DNA of 64,000 bases, from the NCBI GenBank assembly GCA_013265495.1, contig MU058444.1, forward strand, positions 1,550,001 to 1,614,000, in the 5' to 3' direction. The stretch comes from Vicugna vicugna. Lineage: Eukaryota. The notes under the pieces were generated by a model. That model was not told the origin of the DNA and made no database searches. It saw nothing but the letters and a program-made list of their open reading frames with translations. Made by a program: the position numbers and the translations under genes. Positions 13,346-25,860 of the stretch are shown here, one piece after another (within the stretch, counting starts at the first letter, position 1; each line of letters begins with the position of its first letter).

Positions 13346-14153
13346 AAATCAAGAACCGGCTTAGAACTGCAAAGGTAGGGAAGGCATTTTTCATACTTAG
13401 AGCAGCCAGGAGTTAAAGTAAGGAGTGTCTAAGCACCAAGGATGAAATATTCAACAGGGAAGCTGGGGCTGACCTCTTCTTTGCCTACTAGGTAACATAC
13501 TAAGCGGATGTTATCAGTTAGAACCCTCGAAGGGCTGTCCTCCAATACTCACCCTTCACGTCTCCCTGCCTAGGAGCCAAGGCACAAGACATCAGGATGC
13601 TTAGAAAGCCATCAAGTATAGACAGACAGGCTTTCCAAGCACTGAGTTCAACTTCTAAGGGTTTACATCAATTCCTCTCTAGTTCAAGTCTCTTTCTGTA
13701 TTGCTACAAATGATTCAGAGGAACTATTACAAAGAAATGGCATTGGACCAGTTTTTTGACCCCTGAATAAAAGAAAGCTCATCCAATTTTTTTTTCCCAG
13801 ACTTAACATTTAATGACTGATTAAATGGAAGATGCTCTATTTTTATAGCAGATTTGTAAAATCTGTATTGCATTCATAGTCACCTTTCAATGGTCTTTCT
13901 ATAGTTAATGGAAGATATTGGAGTCCTCAAATGTTAATGTGCTATAGCGTCGTAGGCAAAACTCTAAAGATTCTGGAGATTATAAAGCACTTCCTATAAC
14001 ATCTCAGGGTCACTTTACATAGGCTAGTGGCTCAGTCAGTATAAACTCTACCCAGCTGCCTGACCACTAGCAATTTTAATAGTAACGTCCATGGCATAAG
14101 GCATGGACATTAGCATTGGAAAGCTGAAAATAAGCCTTTAAAAGTAAATGCAG

Positions 14154-15482
14154 GATACGAAGCAAGATGGTGGAGTAGAATGACACTTGTAGCTCACCCT
14201 CTCCCACAAATACACCAAAACTCACATCTACGGACCCACTCAGCCAACCAGAGAACCTGCCCAACTCTGACAGAACATCGCCCTCTTCGAAAGACAAAGA
14301 TGCCAAAAATCTGGTAGGAGAAAAGGAAAAAAGAAAGAAGAAAAAGCAAAAAAAGCAAAACGGGACCGGTCCCCCAGGGAGGGAGTGGCAAAGGAGGACT
14401 GGTGCTGGTTCTCTGGGTCTCCCCCCTCCAACGGAGAGGCCAGTGGGATGGAGGGGGAGCCTCCGAGGCTCCGATCTGCCCCGAGCACCCCTTGACTGAT
14501 AGAACTGAGTTAAACGGGCACAAAGGGTCCCCGCGACACCCAGCCTGAGACGCGAGCCAGCAGCTGGGGCAGGGACAGGTCGCCGGAGCCGGGCAGAGGA
14601 CAGAGGCGGCTGCACTGAGACGGCCCCGGGGGACCGCAGGGGGCTGCGCACCGGGGCTCGGAGGGGATACGGAGCAGAACAACCTCGGTCCCCCATAAAT
14701 TGGGAAAAAAGTGAATCAACACAGCTTGTGTGCCCTGGGGGGAGGGGCACCATAGCCTTTGTCTCCTCAGACCTGCATCGCCATTACTGGTGCTTCTCAA
14801 AGGAAGAGATGCCGGGCTCAGCAGCAGTCTCCATCTCCTCCTGTGCGCAGCACCTGGGCGGGGTGAGGCCAAGACCTGAATCTGCACCCGGGGGCTCCGC
14901 AACCTCCTAGGCAGGATTGAGACTTGTTTACAGCCGGAGGCAGAGAGGATCTTTCTGCCCTGGCACCTCAGAGAATTCGCACTGCCAAGACAAACAAGGA
15001 GCTGAGATTTGGCATGGAGCAGGGGCGGGGCCATTCCATGGTCTTCCCCGAGCCCGTCTAAGGAGCACCGACCTGAGGCGAAGCTGGCAGCTGCATTGAG
15101 CAGTGGAGCAGCTGGAAGAGGGCGGGCAGCCACCCGCTTTCCTGGCAGGAACGCAGCATCTGACCAAGGTACTGGGAGAGGGCACGATCCGCCCACCTAC
15201 CTCGCCCAAGCAGCATCGGGAGGGGAAGGGGGAGTGACCCGCCCCCCCCCCCCCCCGGGGAGAAAGCACCTGACCCAGTGTTGGGAGGGGGCACAATCTG
15301 CTAGCCAGCAGCCACTGGGAGCAGCACAGAGGAGGGCGCCAACAGAGGGTCTCTGGAAACAGCAAGCTGTGTTTGGGAAACAGGGCAAAGACACAAAGAC
15401 CTCTCAATAAAATCATTAAGAGCACATCGTCTCCAGGAGAACTACATAACTGATACTCCTTAAGCCACAGTGCCAGAGATAT
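14154..15482 (+). promoter_or_regulatory. L1 5'UTR internal promoter, CpG-island-like
   Basis: GC- and CpG-rich 1.3 kb directly upstream of the ORF1 ATG; G-rich and C15 tracts near 15217-15260. The L1 internal Pol II promoter is established knowledge. Confidence 0.75.
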
Positions 15483-16408
15483 ATGAGCAAGATAAAGAAG
15501 CAGAGGAACCACTCCCAATTAAAAGATCAACAGAAATCCCCTGAAAGCATGATCAAGGAAATAGACATTGATGGCCTACTAGATCAAGATTTCAAAGAAG
15601 GAGTGATCAAAGTACTGAAGAAACTAAAAGAAATAGTGTTTAGAGATATAAAATATGTCAAAAATGAAATAGAAGCTATAAAGGAGAATCAAGTAGAATT
15701 AGTAAACTCAAATTTGCTGAGATGAGAGCTGACCTAAAGGTTGTACAAAGCAGACTACATAATGCAGAGGAATGAATAAGTGACCTAGAAGACAGGACAA
15801 CAGAAAGCACCCAATCAGAACACCTGAGAGAAAAACAAATAAAAAAACAATGAAAACAATATAAGGGACCTATGGGGTAATATAAAGCATGCCAATCTAT
15901 GCATAATAGGGGTTCCAGAAGGGGAAGAAAGAACAAAGGGGACTGAAAAGGACTTTGAAGAAATCATGACTGAAAACTTCCCAAACCTAAAGGAATCAGA
16001 TATCCAAGTACAGGAGGCTTCAGAGGGTCCCAAACAGGAAGAACCCAAACAGACCCACACCAAGACATATCATAATCAAGATGGCCAGAGTCAAGGATAA
16101 AGAAATGATTCTAAAGGCAGCAAGAGAAAAGCAAAGAGTAAGTTACAAGGGGACCCCCATAAGGCTCTCAGCTGATTTCTCTACACAGACACTACAGGCC
16201 AGAAGGATCTCTACTACAGGCCAGAAGGGAGTGGCAAGATATATTCAAAGTCCTGAGTGAAAAAAAGATGCAGCCTAGGATACTCTATCCAGAAGGGTTA
16301 TCCTTTAGAATAGAAGGAGAGATAAAGAACTTCACAGACAAGCAAAAACTAAAAGAGTTTAGCAACACTAAACCCATGCTAAAAGAAATATTGACAGGTC
16401 TACTCTAA
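15483..16408 (+). pseudogene. L1 ORF1p, disrupted
   Basis: Starts MSKIKKQRNHSQLK with a coiled-coil region, then ILKAAREKQRVSYKGTPIRLSADFSTQTLQARR and LYPEGLSF (YPAKLSF-like). Frameshift near 15710, in-frame stops and a 16-bp duplication at 16191-16228. Confidence 0.9.
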
Positions 16409-18091
16409 ACAGAAAAGAAGAAGGATGCTACAAAAATGACAAACTCACAACTGGAAAGGTGATAACTGCCATGAATTACAAATAGAATAAACATAGCACT
16501 GTAAAAGAAGACATCTAGATTACTAACAGTGGGAGAGGGAAGCAAGGAAAGCCACCATGGAAAACAGTATGGAGATTCCTCAAAAGACTAGGAATAGACT
16601 TACCATAGGACCCAGGAATCCCGCTCCTGGGCATATACCCAGAAGGAGCCCTACTTCAAAATGACACCCACACCCCAATGTTCATAGCAGCACTATTTAC
16701 AATAGCCAAGACATGGAGACAGCCTAAATGTCCATCAACACGTGACTGAGTAAAGAAGATGTGGTGTATTTATAGGATGGAATACTACTCAGCCATAAAA
16801 ACTGACAATGCCGTCTGCAGCAACATGGATGTTCCTGGAGAATGTCATTCTAAGTGAAGTAAGCCAGAAAGAGAAAGAAAAATACCATATGAGATTGCTC
16901 ATATGAGGAATCTTAAAAAAAAAAAAAAAAATAAATACAAAACAGAAACAGACTCATAGACATAGAATACAAACTTGTGGTTGCCAAGGGGGCAGGAGGT
17001 GGGAAGGGACAGACTTCGAGTTTTTAAAATGCAGAATAGATAAACAAGATTATACTGTATAGCACAGGGAAATACATACAAGATCTTGTGGTAGCTCACA
17101 GTGGGAAAAAAATGTGACAATGAATATATACATGTTCATGTATAACTGAAAAATTGTGCTCTACACTGGAATTTGACACAACATTGTAAAATGATTATCA
17201 CTCAATAAAAAAAATGTAAATAAAAAAAGACAGAAAACCATCTGGAAAAAAAAAAAGTAAATGCAGAGTTAAATCAGCATTAAATACACCAAGAGATGAA
17301 AAACAAAACTGATGTTCACTTCAAAATGCCTGTCACACAGGAAGGATTCCATGAGTTTTGTCTGCCTTCTTTTCAGAAACTGTTTTTCTTTTTTCCAAAT
17401 TGCTCTTGGGTTTCCAACAGTTCGGACTTCTCTCTCCCTGCATGCACTCTTGCAAGGGCCCTCTGGAGACCCATAAAAACATTTTCTTGTATCCCAGATA
17501 GCCCTATTCTTTTGTTTTTCTTTTTTTTTTAGAGGCAGTACCACTTAATAGCTGATGGTGAGAAGTCCCTCCGCCGAGTGGACTGTTTCTGGTGTTTAAC
17601 AGAGAGGACAATTCTCCAAGGAACCCTGCTTAAAGAGAAATGCAACAGCTACCTGTGTGCAGTGCAGGAGTAAATTCCGTCTTAGCTGAAGTCTGAAGTG
17701 TGCTTATTAATGAGCATCCAAGAAATACTCCGTTTAGAAGCTATAGACATACACACACACACTTTAATCCATGACATTCATTAGGTTTGTCAGTACTTTT
17801 TTTACACATGGAGGGACTGAGAAATAAATTCTAAACTGTGAGTTAACACGGGGCCAGGTCTCAAAAGAACCAATGTTCCCAAACAGCGTCAAAGCCTGAG
17901 TCCAGGCCTGGGGAGCCGCAGGTCCAGGCACTGACTCTCTGTTTAACATGGTAACAGGACGCGGCAGATGTACGCGATTCCTGTCCCAGGCACATCATAT
18001 CACATCACATCACCCAGGAGACCTTCTCCTTAACCTGCTTTCTTTAATCACCTACCTACCATCATCCATAGATGGCAGTGTAAGTAAGTGC

Positions 18092-18440
18092 CCATTACGG
18101 ACTGAACTGTGTCCCCCCCAGATTCATGTGTCAAAGTCCTAACCCACAGAACCGCAGAACATGACTGGATTTGGAAGTGACTGAGATAAAATGAGGTCCC
18201 CTAATCCAGTACGACTGGTGTCCTTGTATGAAGAGGAGATGAGGACACAGACTTCAGACAGCACAGAGGGAAGGTAGACACCTGTCTACAAGCCGAAGAG
18301 CGAGGCCTTGGAAGACACCAACCCTGCCAACGCCTTGACCTCAGACATCTAGCTTCCAGAACTGGGAGAAAACACATTTCTGTTGTGTGAGCCCCCCAGT
18401 CCGTGGAAGTTTGTCACGGCACTTGGAGCAGACTAATCCC
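18092..18440 (+). mobile_element. MaLR solo LTR (MLT1A-like)
   Basis: ggactgaactgtgtcccccca...ccctaatccagtacgactggtgtcctt...ccctgccaacgccttgacctcagacatctagcttccagaactg...gcagactaat. Confidence 0.85.
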
Positions 18441-21400
18441 GACATAGGCCTGCTCCACTGGATTCCCAGCCCACCGCATCACATGACAGCCTCATCACCT
18501 TTTCCTTAATTCACCTGCCCAGCTAGTCATTTGTAGAAGGCAATGTAGTTAGGCTGGTCTGGAGCCCAACGGATACACGTGGCTTCAGAAAACAGGAACT
18601 ACCTGAATAAGAGGAACACGCAAAATAGTTTTGAAAACCAAAAGCTAAGCGCTCTCTCCAGTAGTTACGCATTTCACATCGCCCTGGTTAAAAACCACGT
18701 GAGGAGAAAAAAGAAGGCAAAGAATTCACCTTATATCCAGTGAGAATATTGTCAACAGTAATAGTGGCAACACTGTCCTTTTCATCTGTGTTTTCTGTTT
18801 CTTACAGACTACTTGTTCTTTAGTCTGAATGGGCACCTTGTGTGGGACAGTCTCTGGTCCTCATCGAGCCTTCTAACACCTCGAGAGTATACTGCCATCC
18901 GGCCGGTAACAGCCACCAAGACGATCACGCTAATAACTCTGTATTTGAAATGGAAGCCTCAACTCTTAAATCACTAAGAAAACATCTTCGGAGTTGTATG
19001 GGATTGGAAAAGCCGTTTTAGCACTATCAAGTCAAAGCCACCGCACTGACTCGTATACAGTTGCTTTGTATAACCTGTTCCCAAGATCATGAAAAGGAAG
19101 TGTTTAAGTCCACTTAGTGCTTTGTAAGTCAGGGTAAAAAGTGGTTCAGTGACTCATGAGAGACCCCTACTGACCTTTCCAGGTATTATGAGAGACTCTT
19201 CAATGAGATGAGGCTTCTCTGTGTTCCCTGGGGCTTGTGGTGAGCATTTGTGTTACGTCAAGTGTGCTTGAGATCAGTGGTTATGTCTTATTTGTCCTTG
19301 TTACTACAGAGCCCAATAACCTTAGCAGTCCAGTAATACCCATTTCGTAATACTGAATTGGATTGGCTAGAAGTGAACTGCTCACAAGTAGGAGACTATG
19401 TGCAATGGAAGGGAAGTTACAGAAAGGATGTGGGCACCTCTCACAATTCAAAGAATAGGACTAGAGTTGGGTCTTAGATACAACTGGAACCTGGCATCTG
19501 AGTGCAGTCAGGGCTCTCTGTCCAGCTCTTTGCTTGGTTCCTCTCTGTTCCTCTCTCTCATTTCTTCCCTCTCTGCTCCTTTCTCTGGTCCATACAAGGA
19601 ATACAGAGAGATTAGCAGAAACAACATATTAAAAGTTGCATTTTTTCACTATGTTTGGAAAGCCTGCTTTGATTGGTCCCTGGTCCAGATTCTCTAGTGG
19701 AGTTTCAGCAGAGGAAGCTGCAAGTCTTAGAAGAAGACAAAGAGCAGACATTCCCATTGGCATCTTTTCCATAGAAGAATGAATGAATGAACAAACAAAC
19801 AAACAAGTTGTCAGCCCCAGAATATTAAAATAGCCCGAGAATACAAGGACCAACACTGATTCTCTATGTCAGACAGCTGTGAAGGGTTCATGTAGCCAAT
19901 TAATCTAGCAAATGATGTATTATCAATGTAGCGGGGAAAGTTGTTAGTAATAGAAAGTTCCAGAAATACTAAATAAGCTAAAAATCCCATTCAAAAACAA
20001 TTATTTGATGGTGAGGCTGAACTGCATAAAATTCTTAAGGTGTGAACATTCTTTTCTTTCAAAAAAATAGCTAACAGATTTATTTAAAATGTGGACTGAG
20101 TAGACTACAACATTGGAATATTGGAAAACAGAGCCAAAAATCCCCCTTTTTGTTGGACATCTGATAAATTTACTTTAGTTTTAGAAGCACCGTCACTGCA
20201 AAGACAAGAGATTCTCCTGTGGCGATACTTATAGATTTAAGTACATCGTGTGACAGGCAGTTATGACTTGTATAGGACATCCAAACGCTTCTTGTAATTT
20301 ACCATACAGTTCCTTTTTGCAACGTGGCTCTAATCTGGTACTGGAAAACAGATTAGGCTTTTGTACTTTTTGTAGGTTGTATGACAATCATCAATGTGAA
20401 CAGAATAAAATAAATACATGTAAAATAGGGGGAAAAATGTGTTTCCCCTCCCCCAAGCATAATTAGTCAGATTGGGTGTGGATTTAATGTTTTGCAGGAA
20501 CTTTTCTGAAGAACTAAAATAATGTTTCAGCAGCATCCTATCGCCTGCCACATAGGTTCTCAGTAAATGTATGTTGAAGACATGACTCTCCGCTGCTTAC
20601 TTTCTCAGTTCTCTGGCTGCAGACTCTGCAGTTTTCTGACAATTTCCCAAGTGGAAAAAGAAGAGGATGACTAGTGAAGTGCAACGAGTGGAAAATGAGA
20701 GAATTTATATGATTCCGGAAGTCAGGGAATTCTAGGTTAAAATGCTAAATGATTATGGGATGGATATTTGGTCTGCAATCGAGATCAAATTAGCTGTTCC
20801 ACGAAGCACTGGCTTCAGAGAATTGATATCTTGTAGGCTTGGATGATTCTACAGCTACTGAGTGATTCCCTAATGTTCCTGTCCATCCTCTAGAACCAGC
20901 AAATGTTCAAGCCACACAATTGGGTCGGCAGAGACCAAATCACCAGAAAATAGCTCAGTTCTTTAAAATCTTCGATAGTCCGATGATCTCCAAGAATCTC
21001 TAGAAAATATCTAAGGTGATGAAATGACCACTGGGAAATGTCCAGCGACCAACAATGCTAACGCAGCCTCATCTGAATGAAACATAGGGGAGGTGTCTGC
21101 AAGGCGGACAAAGAAAACAACCCTCACTTGATCTGTGGTCACCATTGCTCCTGTGTACCCCTAGGCTGACCGTGATAAGGTGAAAATGTGCCTCCCTCCA
21201 TCCCTTCTCCACTTTCTCCTGGAGTTCTTGCTTAAAACTTTCATTTCTCCTCCTCATCCTCCACACAATGGTCCCTTTAACCAAATAATCTCTCATTGAT
21301 CCAAGAAAAACCCTGGATTATGATGTGCGCTTTCCTTGTTTTTACTGAATAATAGGATTGAGGTATTACAAATCCTACTAGTTTATCCTGTATAGCTGAA

Positions 21401-23042
21401 GTGTTATTAATAAGGGGCATGATTTGTTTATGTAGAGATAGATTTCACTCCATTTCCGTTCTCTATTTCATCTGGAAACCAGGGATTAAATAACCCTCCT
21501 CTGACTAAAAAGTACATGGTTCTACTGACACAATTCAAAGCAGGAATTAGGTTTAAAGATCCTATATAATCAATTTTAGTTCTCAGTTTCCAAATCCCAT
21601 GAACCATCTAAATAAACTTTAGATGACTTCCTTAAATGTTCTCTTTCAGAGTATTTACTTACACTGCCCAAGAGCAAATGTGCTGTGTTATTCTTGATTA
21701 ATGCCCAATTAAATGTTCCAAATTATAAATCTGGCATGTTTACCCAGGAGTTATTTTTCCTTATAAAATAAGGTATATATTATTTATTTTATTCAACATT
21801 TTTCTTGGATTTTATCTTTGAATTATATCATCAAATGGCACATTATTGCTGAACATGCTACTGAGCTGTTAAATTTCCATTATGCAAAGATGAAGTCACT
21901 ATTAGTGCTCACCTTCAACTCTCGGCTTTTGACAGATATACTGGCTACACATTTTACTTTGCATTCTCTCAGTGTGCTACTGATTTACCCTTCTTCAGAG
22001 GGGATTTTAAACTGTTTTCATCATATCCACTCAATACCCACAAGGTTGGACGGATCTATATAATAGGCTCAGGACAGTGTCTTTACTTGCTTTGTTCTGC
22101 TATGTAAACATAAGAATTCAGGGCATGTTGATTTATTTGATAACATATTTTAAGTGCCTTAATAATTTAAGCTGCTGATTTTTTCACTTCATTTAGAACT
22201 AACCTCAGATGAATTAAGCCTGCTGTCAAACATCCATATTGTGTACCAGGACTCAGAAAAGGTCTTATATAAGAAAACTACCACTATCTCTTACCATGAT
22301 AACAACAAAAAAAAAAAGGCAAAGGATATTCTCAGCTGACTTAATTAAATCTTGTGAATGCAGGTTTAATTAATATCCTAGGATACCAACCATGCCCTTG
22401 GGTGATTTAGTATTGGCTTCCGATTTCATCTAAATATTATAATTAAATTTAAGCTCACTAGCTTACAAAGCCCACTAATTTATAAAGTCACAAGTTTAAC
22501 TACTAAATTAGAAACTTTAACGTATATAAGTTCATACAAAAGTGTCTTCTAAAATTCTTACTCTTTTCTTCAACTCTCTACCTTCTTTAAAAAAATCCTT
22601 TATAAGTGTTAAAAAAACACTTTTATCATTTTAATAAATAGATGTTATAGAACTGGTTTCTGAGACAGTTTTTGTAATTAAGTTTAGTCTTTTCAGTTTT
22701 CCATCTGCATGTTTTAAATAATATAAAGAATCTTACCATGGGGGACTAGGAAAAGGAGGGTGTGGGGAAAGTCTATTTATTTGGCCAGGGTGGAAAATAA
22801 AGAAAGGTAAATGGAACAAATTGTCTCACTCCCTAATATTTCATTTTTGGACAGAAGAGAAGAAATGCCCCCAACATTTGTGCTGTTCCTCAGATTGCGT
22901 GTGGCTGACTCAGCCTGGACTAAGACTTTTCTAGTAACCTGAGAATCCACAGACATCACAGGGAAATCATTACATATTTGACAGGATGAGGGTTGGAGGC
23001 TTGGGCCAATTTTATTCACATGTCTAACCACAGGTCTCTCCA

Positions 23043-25105
23043 TATAGAAGCTCACCTTCCCCCATGAACACAGAATACACCTACATGTGGAGCGGTTCCC
23101 ACTGGAAACGGACAGCAGACAGGCAGAAAGACTCTTAGACAACCAAGGCAGTAAGAAAGATCCACACAGAATCTGTTAGGAAGGAAAGAGACGCAATCAG
23201 GCGGGGACCTGTGCCCCTGGGAGGGGACTCAGAAGAGCAGGGCAGTCGTGCGAGCAGAGGCCAGGGAGTAAGCGGCTCAAGCCCAGCCCTGGGGTCCAGC
23301 TCCAGGAAGACGAGTCCCCGGGGCTGGCTGGAGGGCTGGCTGGAGGTCTGGGAAGCTGGATTCCACCTGTGAGAGCGCACAGGCTTGCTTACTCCCAAAA
23401 CAGGAAGGAGAGGGTGGAATGAAACAGCGTGGGCCACTGGCTGGTAGCCCACGACTGCCCTGACAGGTGCCCCAGCCTGAGCCTAGCAACTGCTCCAGCC
23501 CCACGAGATTCACGATGCAGCTTCACACGGGGGTGCGGACTGCAGTGGCCAAGGAGAGAGCATGACTGTGAGGCACAAAGGTGACTCAGACCTGGAACAG
23601 CTTCTGAGCAGGGCGGGGGCGGCTGTTACTGCTGCTAAAAGAGACAGCACATCAGAAGCAGGCTGGGTGGCTGATTGCAGCCAGGGCTGACACAGTCCAC
23701 GCCCAGACCCTCGCCCAGTGCCTGCACCAGCCCCTCCGGCCCCAGGGCTGCTCCTCTATGGGGCGAGGGCGCTGGTGCTGGGAGCGGGGAGAACACACAC
23801 TTAAAGGAAATGGAGCAGCTCCGATCCATCCCTCAGGGCTTCTGCTCCAGCCACTTGGGAACTGACTCCTCCCCTGATACGGCAACAATGGCCACTGAGC
23901 AGAGGCGAATCCCCAGCTCACAGCTGGCTCTGGCCATTTACAGCCCCACCTTCTACCTTCCACACACAGACCCAGCTCCTAACCAGGTGACAGCTGCCAG
24001 CCCACCCCGCAGAAAGATGTGACTTTGTTCATCAGATCCAGCTTTCCCACCAAAGACAATGGGTGCAGGCAGACTGTGTAGGCATGCTGCCACACAAAGA
24101 CACCCCTCATCTCTGTAAGACCACAAGAGGTAACTGTTTCACCTAATTTCAGAGAGAGAAAGTCAAGCAAAATGAGAAGACAGAGGAATTCATTTCAACT
24201 GAAAGAGTAATAGAAAACCCCTAAAAAAAATTAATGAAAAAGAAATAATTCACCAGACAAAACACAGTGAGAATTTTAACAAGGAACTAGAAACTATAAA
24301 AAAAAAAAGAATTAGTCAAAATTGAAGAATATGCTAACTGAAATGAAAAACACACTGGAAGGAAATAAAAGCAGACTAGGTGAAACAGAAAAATGCAGAC
24401 GTGATCTGGAAGCTAGGATAATGGAAATCACCAAATCAGAACAGCAAAAGAAAACAACAATTAAAAATGAGAACAGTTTAAGGGCCCTCTGGGTCTAATA
24501 TCAGTCATACCAACATTCACATTATAGGGGTCTCAGAAGGAGAAGAGAGAGAAGAAGGAGCTGAAAATGAAATTATGGTGGAAAACTTCCCAAACCTGAA
24601 GATGAAAACAGATAACATAGGAATAGGAAGCTCAGAGGGTCCCAAACAAGATGAATCCAAACAGATCCACACTGTGACATATCATAATTAAAATGACCAA
24701 AAGTTAAAGCTGAAGAGAGAATTCTAAAGGCAGCAAGGGAAAAATAAAAAGTCAGATACAGGGGAACCCCCATAAGGTTACAAGCCAATTTTTCTGCAGC
24801 AACTTTGCAGGCCAGAAGGGCGTGGTACGATATATCCAAAGTGCTGAAAGGGAAAAACTGACGAACTAGGGTACTCCACCCCAGCAAGATTATCATTTAG
24901 AGTCGAAGGAGAGAGAAAGAATTTCCCAGACAAGCAAAAACTAAAAGAGATCATCGATACTAAACCCACCCTAAAAAGTGTTAACAGGTCTTCTTTAAAT
25001 GGAAAAGAAAAGGCTGTGACAAGAGGTAAGAGTCTAAAGGAAAGGAAGGTTCCCACTGGTAAAGGCAAATACACAGTGAAGTCTGGGATCACCACTAAAC
25101 AAGCT
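23043..25105 (+). mobile_element. older L1 5' half (5'UTR plus degraded ORF1 at about 24172-24998)
   Basis: L1-type 5' start (agctcaccttcccccatgaacac...tacacctacatgtgga) and a GC-rich UTR. ORF1 motifs ILKAAREK, GTPIRL and LQARR are present with many stops; no ORF2 body follows. Confidence 0.85.
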
Positions 25106-25539
25106 CGCTGGCGAGAGTATGGGGAAGCAGGCACACTCCGATGTTGCTGGTGGTGATTCGTCTCCACTCTTCTTGCAAATTTCCTGTAAGTCAGAAAGGC
25201 TTTTTAAATAAAAACTGAAAACAACATAACCACCCCACAAGCTCTAAGAAGTACAAGCTGAGCAAAGTTGACGTATAAAATGGAAATAATTATGTGCGTT
25301 GTGAAGCTCAGAAACAGATAGTGAAAGGGATGTGAAACTACGCTGAAAAAAATCATAACGTGTTATATAAATATAAGGTAATTTTACAGGAATTTTGAGG
25401 CTGGAGCTTAAAAGGGAATAATTGTCAAGCATTATCGATTGTCCTTCAGGTCTACAAAGCCAACTTGGAAAGCGCAGTAAATCTTGAATACATCACTCTT
25501 TGAAGCCAGTTATTTTGCTATTGTCTTTTGGCAACAAGT

Positions 25540-25860
25540 CTAACCTTCTGCACGCGCCTCTGTGATGCTGGAGCTGAAACGCTGCAAAGCACCTTTCCAA
25601 GAGTCCTGCGCCAGCTGGCTGCCGTTCAGGACTAACCAGAACCTACCCATCACCTCTGCCCCAGCAGTCTGCACCCTCCAGGTCACAGCCACGTCTGAGG
25701 TCTGACATCCATCAAGTCTGACCCCTACGTCAGAATCCCAGCACGGTTTGCAGAGCTTCCCTCCGGGTGTCAAAGCCCCAGCCCCACCCCACCACCCAGA
25801 GTCCCGCCATCACACTCCTAGGTTCCGTAACTCCCCTCTACCCTGCTGTCGCTCTTCCTT
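25540..25860. mobile_element. ancient ERVL-type LTR fragment (LTR16-like)
   Basis: tgtgatgctggagctgaaacgctgcaaagcacctttccaagagtcctgcgccagctggct resembles the recalled LTR16 consensus. Confidence 0.5.

Larger units (their letters stand above)
14154..17252 (+). mobile_element. LINE-1 with intact 5'UTR, ORF1 and 3' end but nearly all of ORF2 missing (half-L1-like)
   Basis: 14-bp TSD AAAAGTAAATGCAG at 14140-14153 and 17253-17266, at a TTT/AAAA endonuclease-type site. L1 5' start (AAGATGGTGGAGTAGAA), ORF1 at 15483-16408, jump to the ORF2 C-terminus at about 16551, AATAAA at 17204-17209 and an A tail. Confidence 0.93.

Noticed and set aside
14076..15518. Long antisense ORFs (196-228 aa) as an ORF0-like protein or novel gene
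   Set aside because: They overlap in several frames of a GC-rich L1 5'UTR where stops are rare, have low-complexity P/R/G/L composition and show no recognisable domain.
16551..16664. Perfect Kozak GCCACCATGG at the L1 deletion junction
   Set aside because: It is one substitution from the sister-copy sequence GCCACTATGG, is out of frame with ORF2 and opens only 35 codons.
18809..18978. Possible plus-strand coding exon after a strong pyrimidine tract (DYLFFSLNGHLVWDSLW...)
   Set aside because: No good donor site and no recognisable protein similarity; cannot be supported without a search.
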